64,000 nt of DNA from contig OZ239628.1 in assembly GCA_965195345.1 (NCBI GenBank), positions 640,001 to 704,000 on the forward strand, read 5' to 3'. Positions within the stretch are counted from its first letter, which is position 1, and every line of letters begins with the position of its first letter. A program made the translations under genes and the position numbers. Under the pieces are notes generated by a model. That model did no database searches, had not been told where the DNA came from, and saw only the letters and a program-made list of their open reading frames with translations. This document shows positions 31,361-42,171 of this stretch, in pieces. This stretch comes from an uncultured Thiomicrospira sp. Its GTDB lineage: Bacteria; Pseudomonadota; Gammaproteobacteria; CAKMZV01.

Positions 31361-32470
31361 TTAAGATGTCCTTCTTTTCTGTAACTGATTACGGATTGAA
31401 ACTTGGTTACACCAATTGATGTTATCAAGATACCAGAGTATGGTTTTTTCGATGCCTGACTCAAATGTCTCTTGTGGTTGCCAACCCAATTCATTTTTAA
31501 TCTTATTAGCATCTATAGCATAGCGCATGTCGTGTCCTGGACGATCCTTAACAAAAGTTATCTTTTGCATGTAAGAACCTTCTTTTGAGGGTTTTAGGGT
31601 ATCCAGTTTAGCACAAATAGTTTCAACGACTTCTATGTTTCGTTTTTCATTATGCCCGCCGATATTATAATCCTCTCCAATTTTTCCACGATCCAATACT
31701 AACTTCAACGCATTTGCGTGGTCTTCAACATACAGCCAATCACGAATTTGATTTCCTTTTCCATATACAGGAAGACATTCACCTTTGAGAGCATTTAGTA
31801 TGGTCAATGGAATAAGTTTTTCTGGGAATTGATACGGGCCATAATTATTAGAGCAATTTGTTATTATTATTGGCAGCCCATACGTACGATGCCATGCACG
31901 AACTAAGTGATCAGAGCTGGCTTTAGATGCAGAATATGGAGAACTGGGAGCATAGGGAGATTGTTCAGTAAATAGAGGAAGAAGTTTTCCTTTTTTTTGT
32001 TCGTAGTTGGGTTGATCGTCTGGATGAGGTAGATCACCATAAACTTCATCCGTTGAAACATGATGGAAACGAAAATTAGCTTGCTTATCACCTTCTAACT
32101 GATCCCAATATATCCGTGCTTGTTCTAATAGAGTATGTGTGCCGACAATATTAGTTTGGATGAAAACGCTGGAGTTATTTATTGAACGATCAACATGTGA
32201 CTCTGCTGCCAAATGCATTATCAGGTTGGGTTGGTACTTTTTGAATACCCTTTGTAAAGCGTGTGCGTCACAAATATCTATTTGCTCAAAAGCATAACGA
32301 GCATTATTTTTTACGGATTCTATAGAATCTAAATGACCTGCATAAGTTAATTTATCAACGTTAACAACTGCATAGTTAGTGTCATGGATTAAATGTCGCA
32401 CGAGAGCAGAACCTATAAATCCTGCGCCACCAGTTACTAATATAGTTGATTTTGGATTGCTACTATTCAT
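31361..32470 (-). CDS. rfbB: dTDP-glucose 4,6-dehydratase
   Basis: [49 protein letters not shown]. Confidence 0.97.
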   Translation of the reverse strand: MNSSNPKSTILVTGGAGFIGSALVRHLIHDTNYAVVNVDKLTYAGHLDSIESVKNNARYAFEQIDICDAHALQRVFKKYQPNLIMHLAAESHVDRSINNSSVFIQTNIVGTHTLLEQARIYWDQLEGDKQANFRFHHVSTDEVYGDLPHPDDQPNYEQKKGKLLPLFTEQSPYAPSSPYSASKASSDHLVRAWHRTYGLPIIITNCSNNYGPYQFPEKLIPLTILNALKGECLPVYGKGNQIRDWLYVEDHANALKLVLDRGKIGEDYNIGGHNEKRNIEVVETICAKLDTLKPSKEGSYMQKITFVKDRPGHDMRYAIDANKIKNELGWQPQETFESGIEKTILWYLDNINWCNQVSIRNQLQKRRTS

Positions 32471-32550
32471 TTCTTAATAGGCTCTTTTCAATAGACTCGA
32501 ACCGTTTAACGGTGGTATTAGATGACAACTCTTGGAAAACACAAGTAGAT

Positions 32551-33573
32551 CTAAAGGGAATAATAATTTTTGAACCACTCGACAAAGTTTTTAACACCTA
32601 ACTCAACCGTGGTAGAAGGTTTGTAACCCGTTGCTTTTTCTAAAGCAGAGGTGTCTGCATAAGAATTAGGGACATCACCCGGTTGTAAGGGTAAGAGATT
32701 TTTTATAGCACGCTTTCCTACTTCATTTTCAATCGCTTCGATGTAGGCGATTAGATTTACGGGATTATTGTTCCCTATGTTGTACAGACGGAAAGGAGCA
32801 TTGCTTGTTGATGGGTTAGGCGCATCGCTATTCCATTTAGGGTCTGAAGTTGCTACAAGGTCGCTGCTTCGTATGACGCCTTCTACAATATCATCAATGT
32901 ATGTGAAATCACGTAAATGATGACCATTATTATGCACATTGATTGGTTTCCCTTCAAGGATGTTTTTGGTAAACAAGAATAACGCCATGTCTGGGCGTCC
33001 CCATGGGCCGTAAACGGTAAAGAAACGCAAACCTGTGCTGGGTAGCTTAAATAAGTTAGCATAGCTATGTGCCATCAGTTCATTGGATCTTTTGGTTGCC
33101 GCATACAGTTGTAGAGGGTGATTAACTCCATGTTGCTCACTAAAAGGCATTGTTGTATTCGCCCCATAAACACTGCTCGAACTAGCATAAGTCAAATGCT
33201 CAATATCAAAATGCCTGCAGGCTTCTAAAATATTAATGAATCCATTAATATTACTTTCAATATATGAGTGAGGATGCGTAATTGAATGCCTAACACCCGC
33301 TTGTGCCGCTAAATGAATGACGCGATCAAATTTTTGCTCTGAGAAAGATTTATTGACAAGTGCTTGATCGGCTAAATTCCCTTTTATGAATTCGTAGTGA
33401 CCTTCTGAGATTTGTGCAAAACTTTCTAAGTCTTGCAAACGTGCTTCTTTGAGATTCACATCATAATAATCATTAACACTATCGAAACCAACAACTTCAT
33501 CGCCTCTTTTTAAAAGCGTTTTAGCAACATGATAGCCGATAAAACCAGCGGTTCCAGTAACGAGAATTTTCAT
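32551..33573 (-). CDS. UDP-glucuronate 4-epimerase-like extended SDR
   Basis: [51 protein letters not shown]. Confidence 0.9.
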   Translation of the reverse strand: MKILVTGTAGFIGYHVAKTLLKRGDEVVGFDSVNDYYDVNLKEARLQDLESFAQISEGHYEFIKGNLADQALVNKSFSEQKFDRVIHLAAQAGVRHSITHPHSYIESNINGFINILEACRHFDIEHLTYASSSSVYGANTTMPFSEQHGVNHPLQLYAATKRSNELMAHSYANLFKLPSTGLRFFTVYGPWGRPDMALFLFTKNILEGKPINVHNNGHHLRDFTYIDDIVEGVIRSSDLVATSDPKWNSDAPNPSTSNAPFRLYNIGNNNPVNLIAYIEAIENEVGKRAIKNLLPLQPGDVPNSYADTSALEKATGYKPSTTVELGVKNFVEWFKNYYSL

Positions 33574-33649
33574 ATGAGGGTATCCCTATCTATTTGTTTT
33601 TAGCTGAGTATGCGAAGAAACGAGTTAATGCACGTTGTCTATTTTTTAG

Positions 33650-34741
33650 CTAGTGTGCGCCTTTGTTTTCAGCTACACAATTGTAATAGTTCTCTATATC
33701 TATAATCAGTTTATTTTTATCGGCATGCTTTTTGACGAGATCAAGCGCATTACTTCCCATTTCGTATAATTTTTCTGGATTGCTCAACATTTTTATAGCT
33801 TTGTCGGCTAACATTTTTTCATCAGAAATAGAGAAAACATCTCCAGAAAATTCATGCTTCGCCCATTGAGGATTGTCGCCAAAATCGGTTGTTAAAATGG
33901 CTGTTCCGCATGCCATAGCTTCTAACATCGCATTACTTATACCGTCTGATTTTGCAGTGGAAACATATAACCATGCCGATGACATGAGTTCTGCTGTTTT
34001 TTGTTGAGAGACTTCACCCACAAAGGTGACGTTTTTTTCGACTTTTAAATCTATAACCATCTGTTCCAACATCATTCTTTGCGGTCCGTCACCGGCAATA
34101 ATAAATTGCGCATTCTGGAATTTGGTTAATATAAAGGGAACGGCTTTTATTAAGGTTTCAACATCATAAATTGGTTCTAAACTTCGCACACTCAATAAAG
34201 TTGGTTGTTTCTGTGTAGCACGGCATGGGGAAAAAAGGTTTAAATCAATGCCTCTCAAAATGACGCGCACCTTGTTCATGTCGATTTTCATCTTCATTAA
34301 TGGCTCTTTTAGATGCTCTGAAGTAATCAATATAGAGTGCGCTTTTTTCAAAGATTGTTGTGATAAAAGACGGAAAAGAAAATTTTTCCGAAATCGAAAT
34401 AAATCACAACCCATTGGATTTACTATGATTGGAATACCTTTGCTAAAAAAGCATGCCACATGCGCATGATAACCTACCCAAAAAACATGAAGTAAGTCAT
34501 ATTTTTTAAGCGCAAGTGTTTTTTTTATTAGTCGAACGAATTTGATGTAATTGATTACCTGTCCAATCATCCCACTCCATTCCGCCTTTTCAAACAATCC
34601 TATTTGATGTGTCTCTTGTGGTAGATCTATATTACCTGCTCCTAATTGCAAGTAATCCACCTCCAATTTTTTTTTATCTAATCGGTGAACTAATCGGCTT
34701 ATATGAATGCTGGGTGCTCCAATTATTAAAATTTTTTTCAT
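33650..34741 (-). CDS. Glycosyltransferase family 4
   Basis: SVRSLEPIY, IAGDGP, SDGISNAMLEAMACG. Confidence 0.88.
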   Translation of the reverse strand: MKKILIIGAPSIHISRLVHRLDKKKLEVDYLQLGAGNIDLPQETHQIGLFEKAEWSGMIGQVINYIKFVRLIKKTLALKKYDLLHVFWVGYHAHVACFFSKGIPIIVNPMGCDLFRFRKNFLFRLLSQQSLKKAHSILITSEHLKEPLMKMKIDMNKVRVILRGIDLNLFSPCRATQKQPTLLSVRSLEPIYDVETLIKAVPFILTKFQNAQFIIAGDGPQRMMLEQMVIDLKVEKNVTFVGEVSQQKTAELMSSAWLYVSTAKSDGISNAMLEAMACGTAILTTDFGDNPQWAKHEFSGDVFSISDEKMLADKAIKMLSNPEKLYEMGSNALDLVKKHADKNKLIIDIENYYNCVAENKGAH

Positions 34742-36654
34742 TTTTTTACAGCTTCATTAGATCGTCGGTTGTACCATTTTTGGAACATGCTTAAAGTCCA
34801 TATGTGTTCCCCCCAGCTTTGTCCACGCAAGTGCAGTTTCCACAACCTATTGACATTTTCGCCATCTAAATAAGGATTGTCCTGCATCTCCTTTACCAAA
34901 GTAGTTATTCTCTCTCTCAAGGGGCCACGCAACCATTCATCAACGGGAATGCCAAAGCCTTGTTTCTCTCTTTCTAGCAGATGGGAGGGAATGAATTTAT
35001 GCGCCAATTTTCGAAAAATCCATTTTCCATTATTGTGTTTTAATTTAAGGTTTGAATCTATTTGCCATGCCAGTTCAACCATTCGTCGGTCAAGCAGAGG
35101 AATGCGTACTTCTAAGCTATGGTGCATTGCAGCTCTATCTACTTTAGTCAGAATGTCTCCGGGTAAATAACTTAGTTGATCATATAACAAAAAACGCTCT
35201 AACGTGTTGAGCGTTCCGTTTGTTTTATTGACACGACGTTCGGCAAAAGATTCTTCATACTGTGCGTTATTAGCTTTTACGATACTGTTTTTTAATGCAA
35301 AGTGTGAGAAATATTGTGAACGGATGGTGGTGAAATTCTTGATGGAATTGTCTGTACCCACTAGCTCTAAAATTTTAGCAAATTTGTTTATTTTTTTAGA
35401 ATACAAATGTCGAGATAGAGGTTTAGACCATTTATGGATTCCTTTGATGTGAAAAGGAATGAACTGTAAAGATCGGATTGCAGTAGGGTATCTAGGATAG
35501 CCTGCAAAAAGCTCATCGCCTCCATCACCAGAGAGACTCACAGTAACCTGTTCACGCGCGCACTGAGATAGCAAAAGCGTTGGTAATTGTGAGGAGTCTG
35601 CAAACGGTTCGTCGTATACGGAATCGAGTGTATCAAACAAGCCAATGGCATCTTCAATACTGAGTATTCTCTCATGATGATCGGTTTTTAAATAATCAGC
35701 AACCTTACGAGCATGTTCTGCCTCATTGAATTCATCTTCTTTAAATCCAATAGAAAAAGTTTTCACTTGTGATTGCGATATTTTTTGCATGAAAGCAACA
35801 ACTACCGATGAATCATATCCGCCAGATAGAAAAGATCCAATAGGTACATCAGAGATCATCTGTTCAGCAATGACTTCTTCGAGTGTTTTCTCTAAACGGA
35901 TTAAAGCCGTATTTGCATCCGTTATGATGGCATTTTTACGCGTGAGGATTTTATCCAGTTCAGTCCAATAATAGCAAGGTTCGATGTTCTTTTTCTGTTT
36001 TAAATTTTCATACGTCCATTCGATAAAATGAGCAGGGGGCAGGTTCTTAATTCCGTTGTATATGGATTTATCAGTCGGAACATTGCAAAACTCTAAATAT
36101 TCAGAGAGTGCCATTGTATCGATGCTTGCTTGCCAATTAGGGTGTACACATAATGCATCAAGTTCTGAAGCAAATAGCAAAGCGTTGCCTTGCCAACCGT
36201 AATACAACGGTTTTTCTCCCATACGATCGCGCGCCAAAATCAATTTTTTTTCTGATGTGTCCCATATAGCAAAAGCAAACATGCCAGAAACCAGTTCTAA
36301 GGATTTTCTAATGCCATAATATGCGATACATTCCACAAGAACTTCAACATCTGAGGTTGTTTTCCATTTAATAGATGTTTTTTCAGCAAGCTTTTTCTTC
36401 AGTGTTTTGAAATTATAAATCTCACCATTAAAGATAATGACCCAGCGACCACATTGAGAGAACATTGGTTGGTTAGAGCGACTTTCAGGGTCAATAACTG
36501 CCAAGCGACGATGACCGAAAGCCACACTATTGTCTAACCATGATCCGCCCGAATCGGGCCCGCGATGAACAAGAGCATCCATCATAGAATTGATGGTTTT
36601 ACTCCTCAAGTTTGAATCAGTGTTCTCCTGAAAAAAACCTACTAACCCACACAT
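34738..36654 (-). CDS. asnB: AsnB-family glutamine-dependent amidotransferase (probably polysaccharide amidation, WbpS-like)
   Basis: N-terminal MCG, HRGPD, FNGEIYN, RDRMGEKPLYY, FLSGGYDSS, DEPFADSS, LSGDGGDELFAGY; strong RBS GGAGG; located in sugar cluster. Confidence 0.9.
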   Translation of the reverse strand: MCGLVGFFQENTDSNLRSKTINSMMDALVHRGPDSGGSWLDNSVAFGHRRLAVIDPESRSNQPMFSQCGRWVIIFNGEIYNFKTLKKKLAEKTSIKWKTTSDVEVLVECIAYYGIRKSLELVSGMFAFAIWDTSEKKLILARDRMGEKPLYYGWQGNALLFASELDALCVHPNWQASIDTMALSEYLEFCNVPTDKSIYNGIKNLPPAHFIEWTYENLKQKKNIEPCYYWTELDKILTRKNAIITDANTALIRLEKTLEEVIAEQMISDVPIGSFLSGGYDSSVVVAFMQKISQSQVKTFSIGFKEDEFNEAEHARKVADYLKTDHHERILSIEDAIGLFDTLDSVYDEPFADSSQLPTLLLSQCAREQVTVSLSGDGGDELFAGYPRYPTAIRSLQFIPFHIKGIHKWSKPLSRHLYSKKINKFAKILELVGTDNSIKNFTTIRSQYFSHFALKNSIVKANNAQYEESFAERRVNKTNGTLNTLERFLLYDQLSYLPGDILTKVDRAAMHHSLEVRIPLLDRRMVELAWQIDSNLKLKHNNGKWIFRKLAHKFIPSHLLEREKQGFGIPVDEWLRGPLRERITTLVKEMQDNPYLDGENVNRLWKLHLRGQSWGEHIWTLSMFQKWYNRRSNEAVKK

Positions 36655-36944
36655 TCTCTCCTCCCTTTATAAGTTGGGAAAAATCCAAATTTTGAGAGGA
36701 AGTACATCAATGCGTTATTTGAGTCAAATTAGTCAGATTTAAAATGTTTTTGAAAGGCTGGTCACAATGCTTTAATTGCTGCTTCTATCTGCCTTTACTT
36801 AAGGGCAATCAAACAAAAGATATTATAGCCATTAGTTGAATTATCCACTATAGCATAACAGTCGACATGCTTTTCTGATGAGCTACGTGTTATTATGAAA
36901 TCCTGTTTTTCATATAATATTATGCTTTTTATAGCAGATTTAGC

Positions 36945-36968
36945 AAGCGATTTTAAAATTAATCGCTT
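36945..36968. promoter_or_regulatory. Perfect 8-bp inverted repeat, candidate operator
   Basis: AAGCGATT-N8-AATCGCTT about 60 nt upstream of the TRAP operon. Confidence 0.4.
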
Positions 36969-37028
36969 TTATAAAGTCATTAAAGTATACTGTTTCTTTT
37001 TCAAAGAGTTAATGATGAGAGGTTAGAT

Positions 37029-38105
37029 ATGAAACTATTGAGGTTATTGAAAAGAATGCGTTATATTTTTTTGCTATCTTGCGTTTTTTCTATGATGGCA
37101 CCTGCTGTACTAGCTAAGAAAGTATTGCTGAAAACGCCTGTAGTCTTTCCTACATCACTGCCAGCCTTGGGCTCGCCTATATTGGAAGTGGCTAGAAAAT
37201 TAAATGCCATTTCAGGTGGTGATATAAAGATGAAGATTTATGAACCCAAGAAGCTCGTTGCGCCCTTCGAAATTCTTGATGCGGTGTCTAAAAACAAGAT
37301 TAATTCAGGTTATTCTATTGCTGGATACTGGACGGGGAAAATCCCCGCTGCTCCATTGTTCTCAGCTGTTCCTTTTGGTCCAGAGGCAGGTGAGTATATG
37401 GCGTGGATGTATCATGGTGGTGGGCTTGAACTGTATCAAGAAATGTATGATACATATGGCTATAACGTAAAAGTAATTCCTTGCGCGATCATTCCACCAG
37501 AGACGTCTGGTTGGTTTGGCAAAGAAATCAACTCGACGAAGGATCTTGAGGGTCTAAAAATGCGCTTCTTTGGGTTGGGCGGTAAAGTAATGCAAAAATT
37601 AGGCGTGTCGACATCTTTATTGCCAGGGGCTGAAATTTTTCCAGCTTTGGAAAAAGGTGCCATTGATGCGACTGAGTTTTCTTTACCTGCTGTAGATAAA
37701 AGACTGGGTTTTCACAAATTGGTTAAACATAATTATTTTCCCGGCTGGCATCAGCAAACGACACTAGCAGAATTATTGATAAACAAAAGCGTATGGAAGT
37801 CAATGGACACACGTCAGCAAACTATAATTACTACAGTTTGTGAGGCAAGTTTAATGCGTTCCTATGCGGAAGGAGAAGCAGGACAGTTTGAAGCGATGCA
37901 AGAGAATGTGAATAAAAATGGTGTTACTTTGCATTATTGGTCGGATGAGATGCTTGATGCTTTCCGTGCAGCATGGAAAGATGTATTGAAAGAGCAAGTA
38001 TCAAATGACAAATTCTTTGCGAAAGTCTGGGATAGTATGAGTTCTTTCCACGATGGGTACAGTGTCTGGCAAAAATACGGATTCTTACCTCGCAAAGCAA
38101 ATTAA
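37029..38105 (+). CDS. TRAP transporter solute-binding protein (DctP, TakP/alpha-keto-acid-like subfamily)
   Basis: Signal peptide, GYWTGK.PAAPLFSAVPFG, GWFGKEINS..DLEGLKMRFFGLGG, ALEKGAIDATEF, YFPGWHQ. Confidence 0.88.
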   Translation: MKLLRLLKRMRYIFLLSCVFSMMAPAVLAKKVLLKTPVVFPTSLPALGSPILEVARKLNAISGGDIKMKIYEPKKLVAPFEILDAVSKNKINSGYSIAGYWTGKIPAAPLFSAVPFGPEAGEYMAWMYHGGGLELYQEMYDTYGYNVKVIPCAIIPPETSGWFGKEINSTKDLEGLKMRFFGLGGKVMQKLGVSTSLLPGAEIFPALEKGAIDATEFSLPAVDKRLGFHKLVKHNYFPGWHQQTTLAELLINKSVWKSMDTRQQTIITTVCEASLMRSYAEGEAGQFEAMQENVNKNGVTLHYWSDEMLDAFRAAWKDVLKEQVSNDKFFAKVWDSMSSFHDGYSVWQKYGFLPRKAN

Positions 38106-38177
38106 TCGGAGTGTAATAGATAAAATACAGTGGGTAATATAACATTGCTCACTGCTCTTAAAGCGCATGAATAGCAC

Positions 38178-38681
38178 ATGAAAAGAGTAAGTGATTGGCT
38201 TGACCAATTGATAGTCAAAACGTGTCTGATTGGAGCGGTCTTAATCCCTGTATTGATGGGGGTCATTGTTTTGCAGGTCGTGTTGCGTTATGGTTTTTCA
38301 TCGGGTATAGCCGCATTAGAAGAGTTGCAGTGGCATTTATATGGTGCTGCCATCATGATGGGTTTGTCTTACTCACATATAAAAAAATCGATGATACGCG
38401 TTGATTTGATTTATTCCAAATTAAGTATGCGTAAAAAAGCAATCATTGATGTGACGGGAACAATCGTATTGTTGATCCCATTTTTGTTTGTGGTGCTTGA
38501 TCATTCAATTGAGTTTTTCCATGATTCTTGGCGACTTAATGAGCGATCTGATTCACCAGAAGGTCTTCCTTTTCGCTGGATTATTAAAGGTGTTATGCCC
38601 GTCAGTATTATGCTACTGATCTTGGCAAGCGTTTCCAGTGTATTGAGAGATTTCAGCTATCTGAGAAATAATGGAAATTAA
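38178..38681 (+). CDS. TRAP transporter small permease DctQ
   Basis: Four TM, VVLRY, ELQWHLY, IRVDL, ERS.SP.GLP.RW. Confidence 0.88.
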   Translation: MKRVSDWLDQLIVKTCLIGAVLIPVLMGVIVLQVVLRYGFSSGIAALEELQWHLYGAAIMMGLSYSHIKKSMIRVDLIYSKLSMRKKAIIDVTGTIVLLIPFLFVVLDHSIEFFHDSWRLNERSDSPEGLPFRWIIKGVMPVSIMLLILASVSSVLRDFSYLRNNGN

Positions 38682-40056
38682 CGAAATTTTAGTGTTGCTT
38701 ATATTTGTAAGCTTCATTATCTTACTTTTAACGGGATTTCCTGTAGCTTATATTCTGGGAGGATTATCTGTCATTTTCACCATATTAGGTTTTTTGTCTG
38801 ATACCTATTTTGATACGCTAACAGGGCTGGACTACACGACGCTTGGTTTGGTGGTAAACCGCATCTATAAAATTATGGATAACTGGGTGCTGGTTGCTCT
38901 GCCGATGTTTATATTTATGGGATGCATGCTTGATACATCTGGTGTTGCTGAACGAATGATGCTGGCAACACAGAAGGTTTTTGGAAACTTAAGGGGCGGG
39001 CTAACTCTCACGGTAGTTTTCATTGGTATTATTTTGGCAGCTTCAACTGGAATTATTGGGGCATCTGTGGTGCTTTTGGGTCTACTTTCACTGCCCGCTA
39101 TGCTCAAGCAAAAATGCAATCCTTCAGTTGCACTTGGAACGATTGCTAGCGCTGGAACGCTCGGTATACTACTTCCACCAAGCATTATGCTAGTCATAAT
39201 GGGGGATCAATTAGCGCTGTCGGTAGGTGATTTATTTATGGGAGCAGTATTTCCGGGATTGTTGATAGGATCTTTATATATTATTTATCTCATATTTCTT
39301 GGAATTATTAAACCTGAATTGTTGCCCATTCCTAAATCGCAAGGGAAAGTCAATCTGGCGATTGTTTTAGAGTTCATACAATCAGCAATGCCTCCAATAC
39401 TATTAATATTATTGGTTCTAGGGTCGATATTTGCTGGGATAGCAACCCCTACAGAAGCCAGTGGGCTTGGAGCGTTGGCGGCAACTTTGATGGCATTGGC
39501 GAATCGCAAACTGAATTGGAAGCAATTTAAAAAAGTCACATTCGATACTTTTAATACTACCGCCTATATATTTATGATTTTTATAGGAGCAACGTGCTTT
39601 GCTTTAGTGGTACGTGAATTGGGTGGCGATGAGTTGATTTCATCAGGATTAACCGCTTTACCTTTTGGCGACTATGGCATTATCATAGCAATATTGCTAT
39701 TCGTTTTTCTTCTCGGTTTTTTACTTGATTGGATAGAAATTACTTTGATTTTTCTGCCGCTACTTGCACCAATTATTGCTGAGTTAAATATTCCTATAGA
39801 TGGGTACGGGGTGGTTGATAATCCAGAGCTTATATGGATGGTTATGCTAATTGCAGTGACGCTACAAACTTCTTTTTTAACGCCTCCAGTGGGTTTTGCT
39901 ATTTTTTACCTAAAAGGTGTTTGTCCGCCACAAATAGAACTTAAACAAATATACAAAGGCGTTATTCCTTTTGTTATCTTGCAAATTATTGGTTTGATTT
40001 TTGTGTTTTTATTTCCCCAGCTGGTGCTATATCTGCCCTCTGTTGCTTATCAATAA
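38671..40056 (+). CDS. TRAP transporter large permease DctM
   Basis: GFPVAY, ALPMFIFMG, GTLGILLPPSI, GIATPTEA, QTSFLTPPVG. Confidence 0.92.
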   Translation: MEINEILVLLIFVSFIILLLTGFPVAYILGGLSVIFTILGFLSDTYFDTLTGLDYTTLGLVVNRIYKIMDNWVLVALPMFIFMGCMLDTSGVAERMMLATQKVFGNLRGGLTLTVVFIGIILAASTGIIGASVVLLGLLSLPAMLKQKCNPSVALGTIASAGTLGILLPPSIMLVIMGDQLALSVGDLFMGAVFPGLLIGSLYIIYLIFLGIIKPELLPIPKSQGKVNLAIVLEFIQSAMPPILLILLVLGSIFAGIATPTEASGLGALAATLMALANRKLNWKQFKKVTFDTFNTTAYIFMIFIGATCFALVVRELGGDELISSGLTALPFGDYGIIIAILLFVFLLGFLLDWIEITLIFLPLLAPIIAELNIPIDGYGVVDNPELIWMVMLIAVTLQTSFLTPPVGFAIFYLKGVCPPQIELKQIYKGVIPFVILQIIGLIFVFLFPQLVLYLPSVAYQ

Positions 40057-40093
40057 TTTAATCCCATAATGTATTGTTGTGCACACTCTTATT

Positions 40094-40145
40094 GAGCAAT
40101 GATACTGTTTGGTGGACTAAAAAGCCCCCTAAAGTACCATTGCTC
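40094..40145. terminator. Hairpin between convergent dctM and htpG
   Basis: GAGCAATGATACT...AGTACCATTGCTC (12 of 13 complementary) with an imperfect inner stem. Confidence 0.5.
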
Positions 40146-40160
40146 GAGCATATACTCCAA

Positions 40161-42035
40161 TTATGTCAGCTTGCTTAGCAAATTGTTCAAACGTGTGACG
40201 AACAAACCAGGCTCACTTAATTGTGCCCCTTCAGCCAGAAGAGCTTGATCCAACAACACATTGGCCCAGTCTTTAAAGGAGTCATCGCCAGTATGTTCAG
40301 ACATATATTGCAACAAGTTATGTTCAGGGTTAATTTCTAAAATGGGTTTAATCTCACTCATTTCTTGTCCCATTTGCTTCAACATTTGTTGCATGTGATG
40401 ACTCATTTCACCACTTTCAGAAATAACACATGCAGGATATTGTCGAAGCCGTTTTGAAATTTGAACTTTTTTAACTCTATCGTTTAAAGATTCGGAAATA
40501 GCATCCAACAATCCTTGGTGCGCTTCATTGGCAGCGTCATTTTCCTTGTCTCCATCTTCTCCTTCTTGATCCTCTTTCTTTTCACCGGGTAGCTGAAGAT
40601 TAGCTTGATTTATAGAAACTAATGTTTTTCCTTCAAACTCGGTCAAATGAGAAGTGAGCCACTCATCAATTTTATCGCTCAATAAAAGGACATCAATATT
40701 ACGTTCTTTAAAAATATCAAGGTGTGGACTTCCCTTGGCAGCCGACAAAGATTCAGCGCACAAGTAGTAGATTGTATCTTGTTCTTCAATCATGTTTTCA
40801 ACGTACGATGCCAATGATAACTCAGAGTGTTGAACACTATCAAAACGCAGTATTTTGGCGATTTTTTGTTTGTTGTCAGCATCTTCTACAATGCCTTCTT
40901 TGAGTACCTTGCCAAATTCTGATATCAATTTTTTAAAGTCTTCTGGTTTGTTTTTTGCTAAGGATTCTATAGTATCAAGGACTTTTTTTACTATGCCTGC
41001 GCGGATGCGCTTGATGACACGATTGTCTTGCAGTATTTCACGAGAAACGTTTAGGGGTAAATCAGGACAGTCAACAATACCGCGAACAAAACGCAGATAG
41101 TTTGGCAAAAGATGCTCGGTGTCTTCCATGATAAATACGCGCTTAATATAGAGTTTCAAACCTTGGCGACGTTCGCGCTCATACAAATCAAACTGAGCAT
41201 GTTTAGGGATAAAGAGCAATGAAGTATATTCGGTAGTTCCTTCAACATGGTTGTGTGTCCAGACGAGGGGGTCGTCCCAGTCGGTCGCAACCATTTTGTA
41301 AAAAGATTGATAGTCTTCTTCCTTTATTTTTTTAGGGTTTTGAGTCCATAATGCATCAGCCTTATTGACAGTTTCCAGTGTTTTTAAATCTTCTTCTTTT
41401 TCAGGCAAACGTACAGGGAAAGTAATGTGTTCTGAATAACGATGCACCAAATTTTTAAGCGTAGATAGTTCAAGAAATTCTTTGCAATCCTCTTTCAAAG
41501 TAAGAATAATAGAAGTACCTTTACTTGCTTGGTCAATGGTTTGGATGGTAAAGTTTCCATCGCCTTTTGAGATCCAACGTACGCCGTTTTCTTTGTCATC
41601 GCCTGCGCGTCTTGTGAGTAACTCAACCTTTTCTGCAACCATAAAAGCGGAATAGAATCCCACCCCAAATTGGCCGATCAAATTAGAACTTTTGGCATCT
41701 TCTATTTTGAGATTTTCTAAAAAAGTTTTCGTTCCTGAGTTGGCGATCGTTCCTATATTGGCAATTACTTCTTTTTCGTTCATGCCAATGCCATTATCAA
41801 CAATCGTTAAAGTGTTATCCTCTTTGTTGGGAATAATTTCTATGCGCAAGTCGCTATCATTCTCATTTAAATCAGAATTTGATAGTGCTGAGAAGCGCAA
41901 TTTATCTAAAGCATCTGATCCGTTTGATATTAATTCCCGTAGAAAAATTTCACGGTTGCTGTAGAGCGAATTTATCATCAAATTTAGTAATTGGCTGACT
42001 TCGGTTTTGAAAGTATGTTTCTTTGCTTTACCCAT
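40161..42035 (-). CDS. htpG: Molecular chaperone HtpG (Hsp90)
   Basis: LYSNREIFLRELISNGSDA, DNGIGM, IGQFGVGFYS, LPLNVSREILQ. Confidence 0.98.
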   Translation of the reverse strand: MGKAKKHTFKTEVSQLLNLMINSLYSNREIFLRELISNGSDALDKLRFSALSNSDLNENDSDLRIEIIPNKEDNTLTIVDNGIGMNEKEVIANIGTIANSGTKTFLENLKIEDAKSSNLIGQFGVGFYSAFMVAEKVELLTRRAGDDKENGVRWISKGDGNFTIQTIDQASKGTSIILTLKEDCKEFLELSTLKNLVHRYSEHITFPVRLPEKEEDLKTLETVNKADALWTQNPKKIKEEDYQSFYKMVATDWDDPLVWTHNHVEGTTEYTSLLFIPKHAQFDLYERERRQGLKLYIKRVFIMEDTEHLLPNYLRFVRGIVDCPDLPLNVSREILQDNRVIKRIRAGIVKKVLDTIESLAKNKPEDFKKLISEFGKVLKEGIVEDADNKQKIAKILRFDSVQHSELSLASYVENMIEEQDTIYYLCAESLSAAKGSPHLDIFKERNIDVLLLSDKIDEWLTSHLTEFEGKTLVSINQANLQLPGEKKEDQEGEDGDKENDAANEAHQGLLDAISESLNDRVKKVQISKRLRQYPACVISESGEMSHHMQQMLKQMGQEMSEIKPILEINPEHNLLQYMSEHTGDDSFKDWANVLLDQALLAEGAQLSEPGLFVTRLNNLLSKLT

Positions 42036-42138
42036 TATTGCTACTCCATCGGTTAATTCTTTTAATTGACTGTTAAAATGCTTAAGTATTATTTTTTAAA
42101 CAGGACACAATTTTTGAATCCTATTTAACTTAGTCTTA

Positions 42139-42166
42139 ATATAGGAACGATTTTTTTATCTTCAAG
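42139..42166 (-). promoter_or_regulatory. Putative sigma32 (RpoH) promoter for htpG
   Basis: Minus strand CTTGAA-N14-TCCTATAT versus consensus CTTGAA-N13-17-CCCCATAT, about 100 nt upstream of htpG. Confidence 0.7.
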
Positions 42167-42171
42167 TCATA

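Noticed and set aside
36841-36849. TTATCCACT, a one-mismatch DnaA box
   Set aside because: Single copy with no cluster or origin context.
36875-36905. CTGATGAG...GAAA resembling a hammerhead ribozyme core
   Set aside because: No stem II pairing between the core halves and no convincing stems I or III.
36655-37028. JUMPStart/ops element upstream of the sugar operon
   Set aside because: No GGCGGTAG on the transcribed strand.
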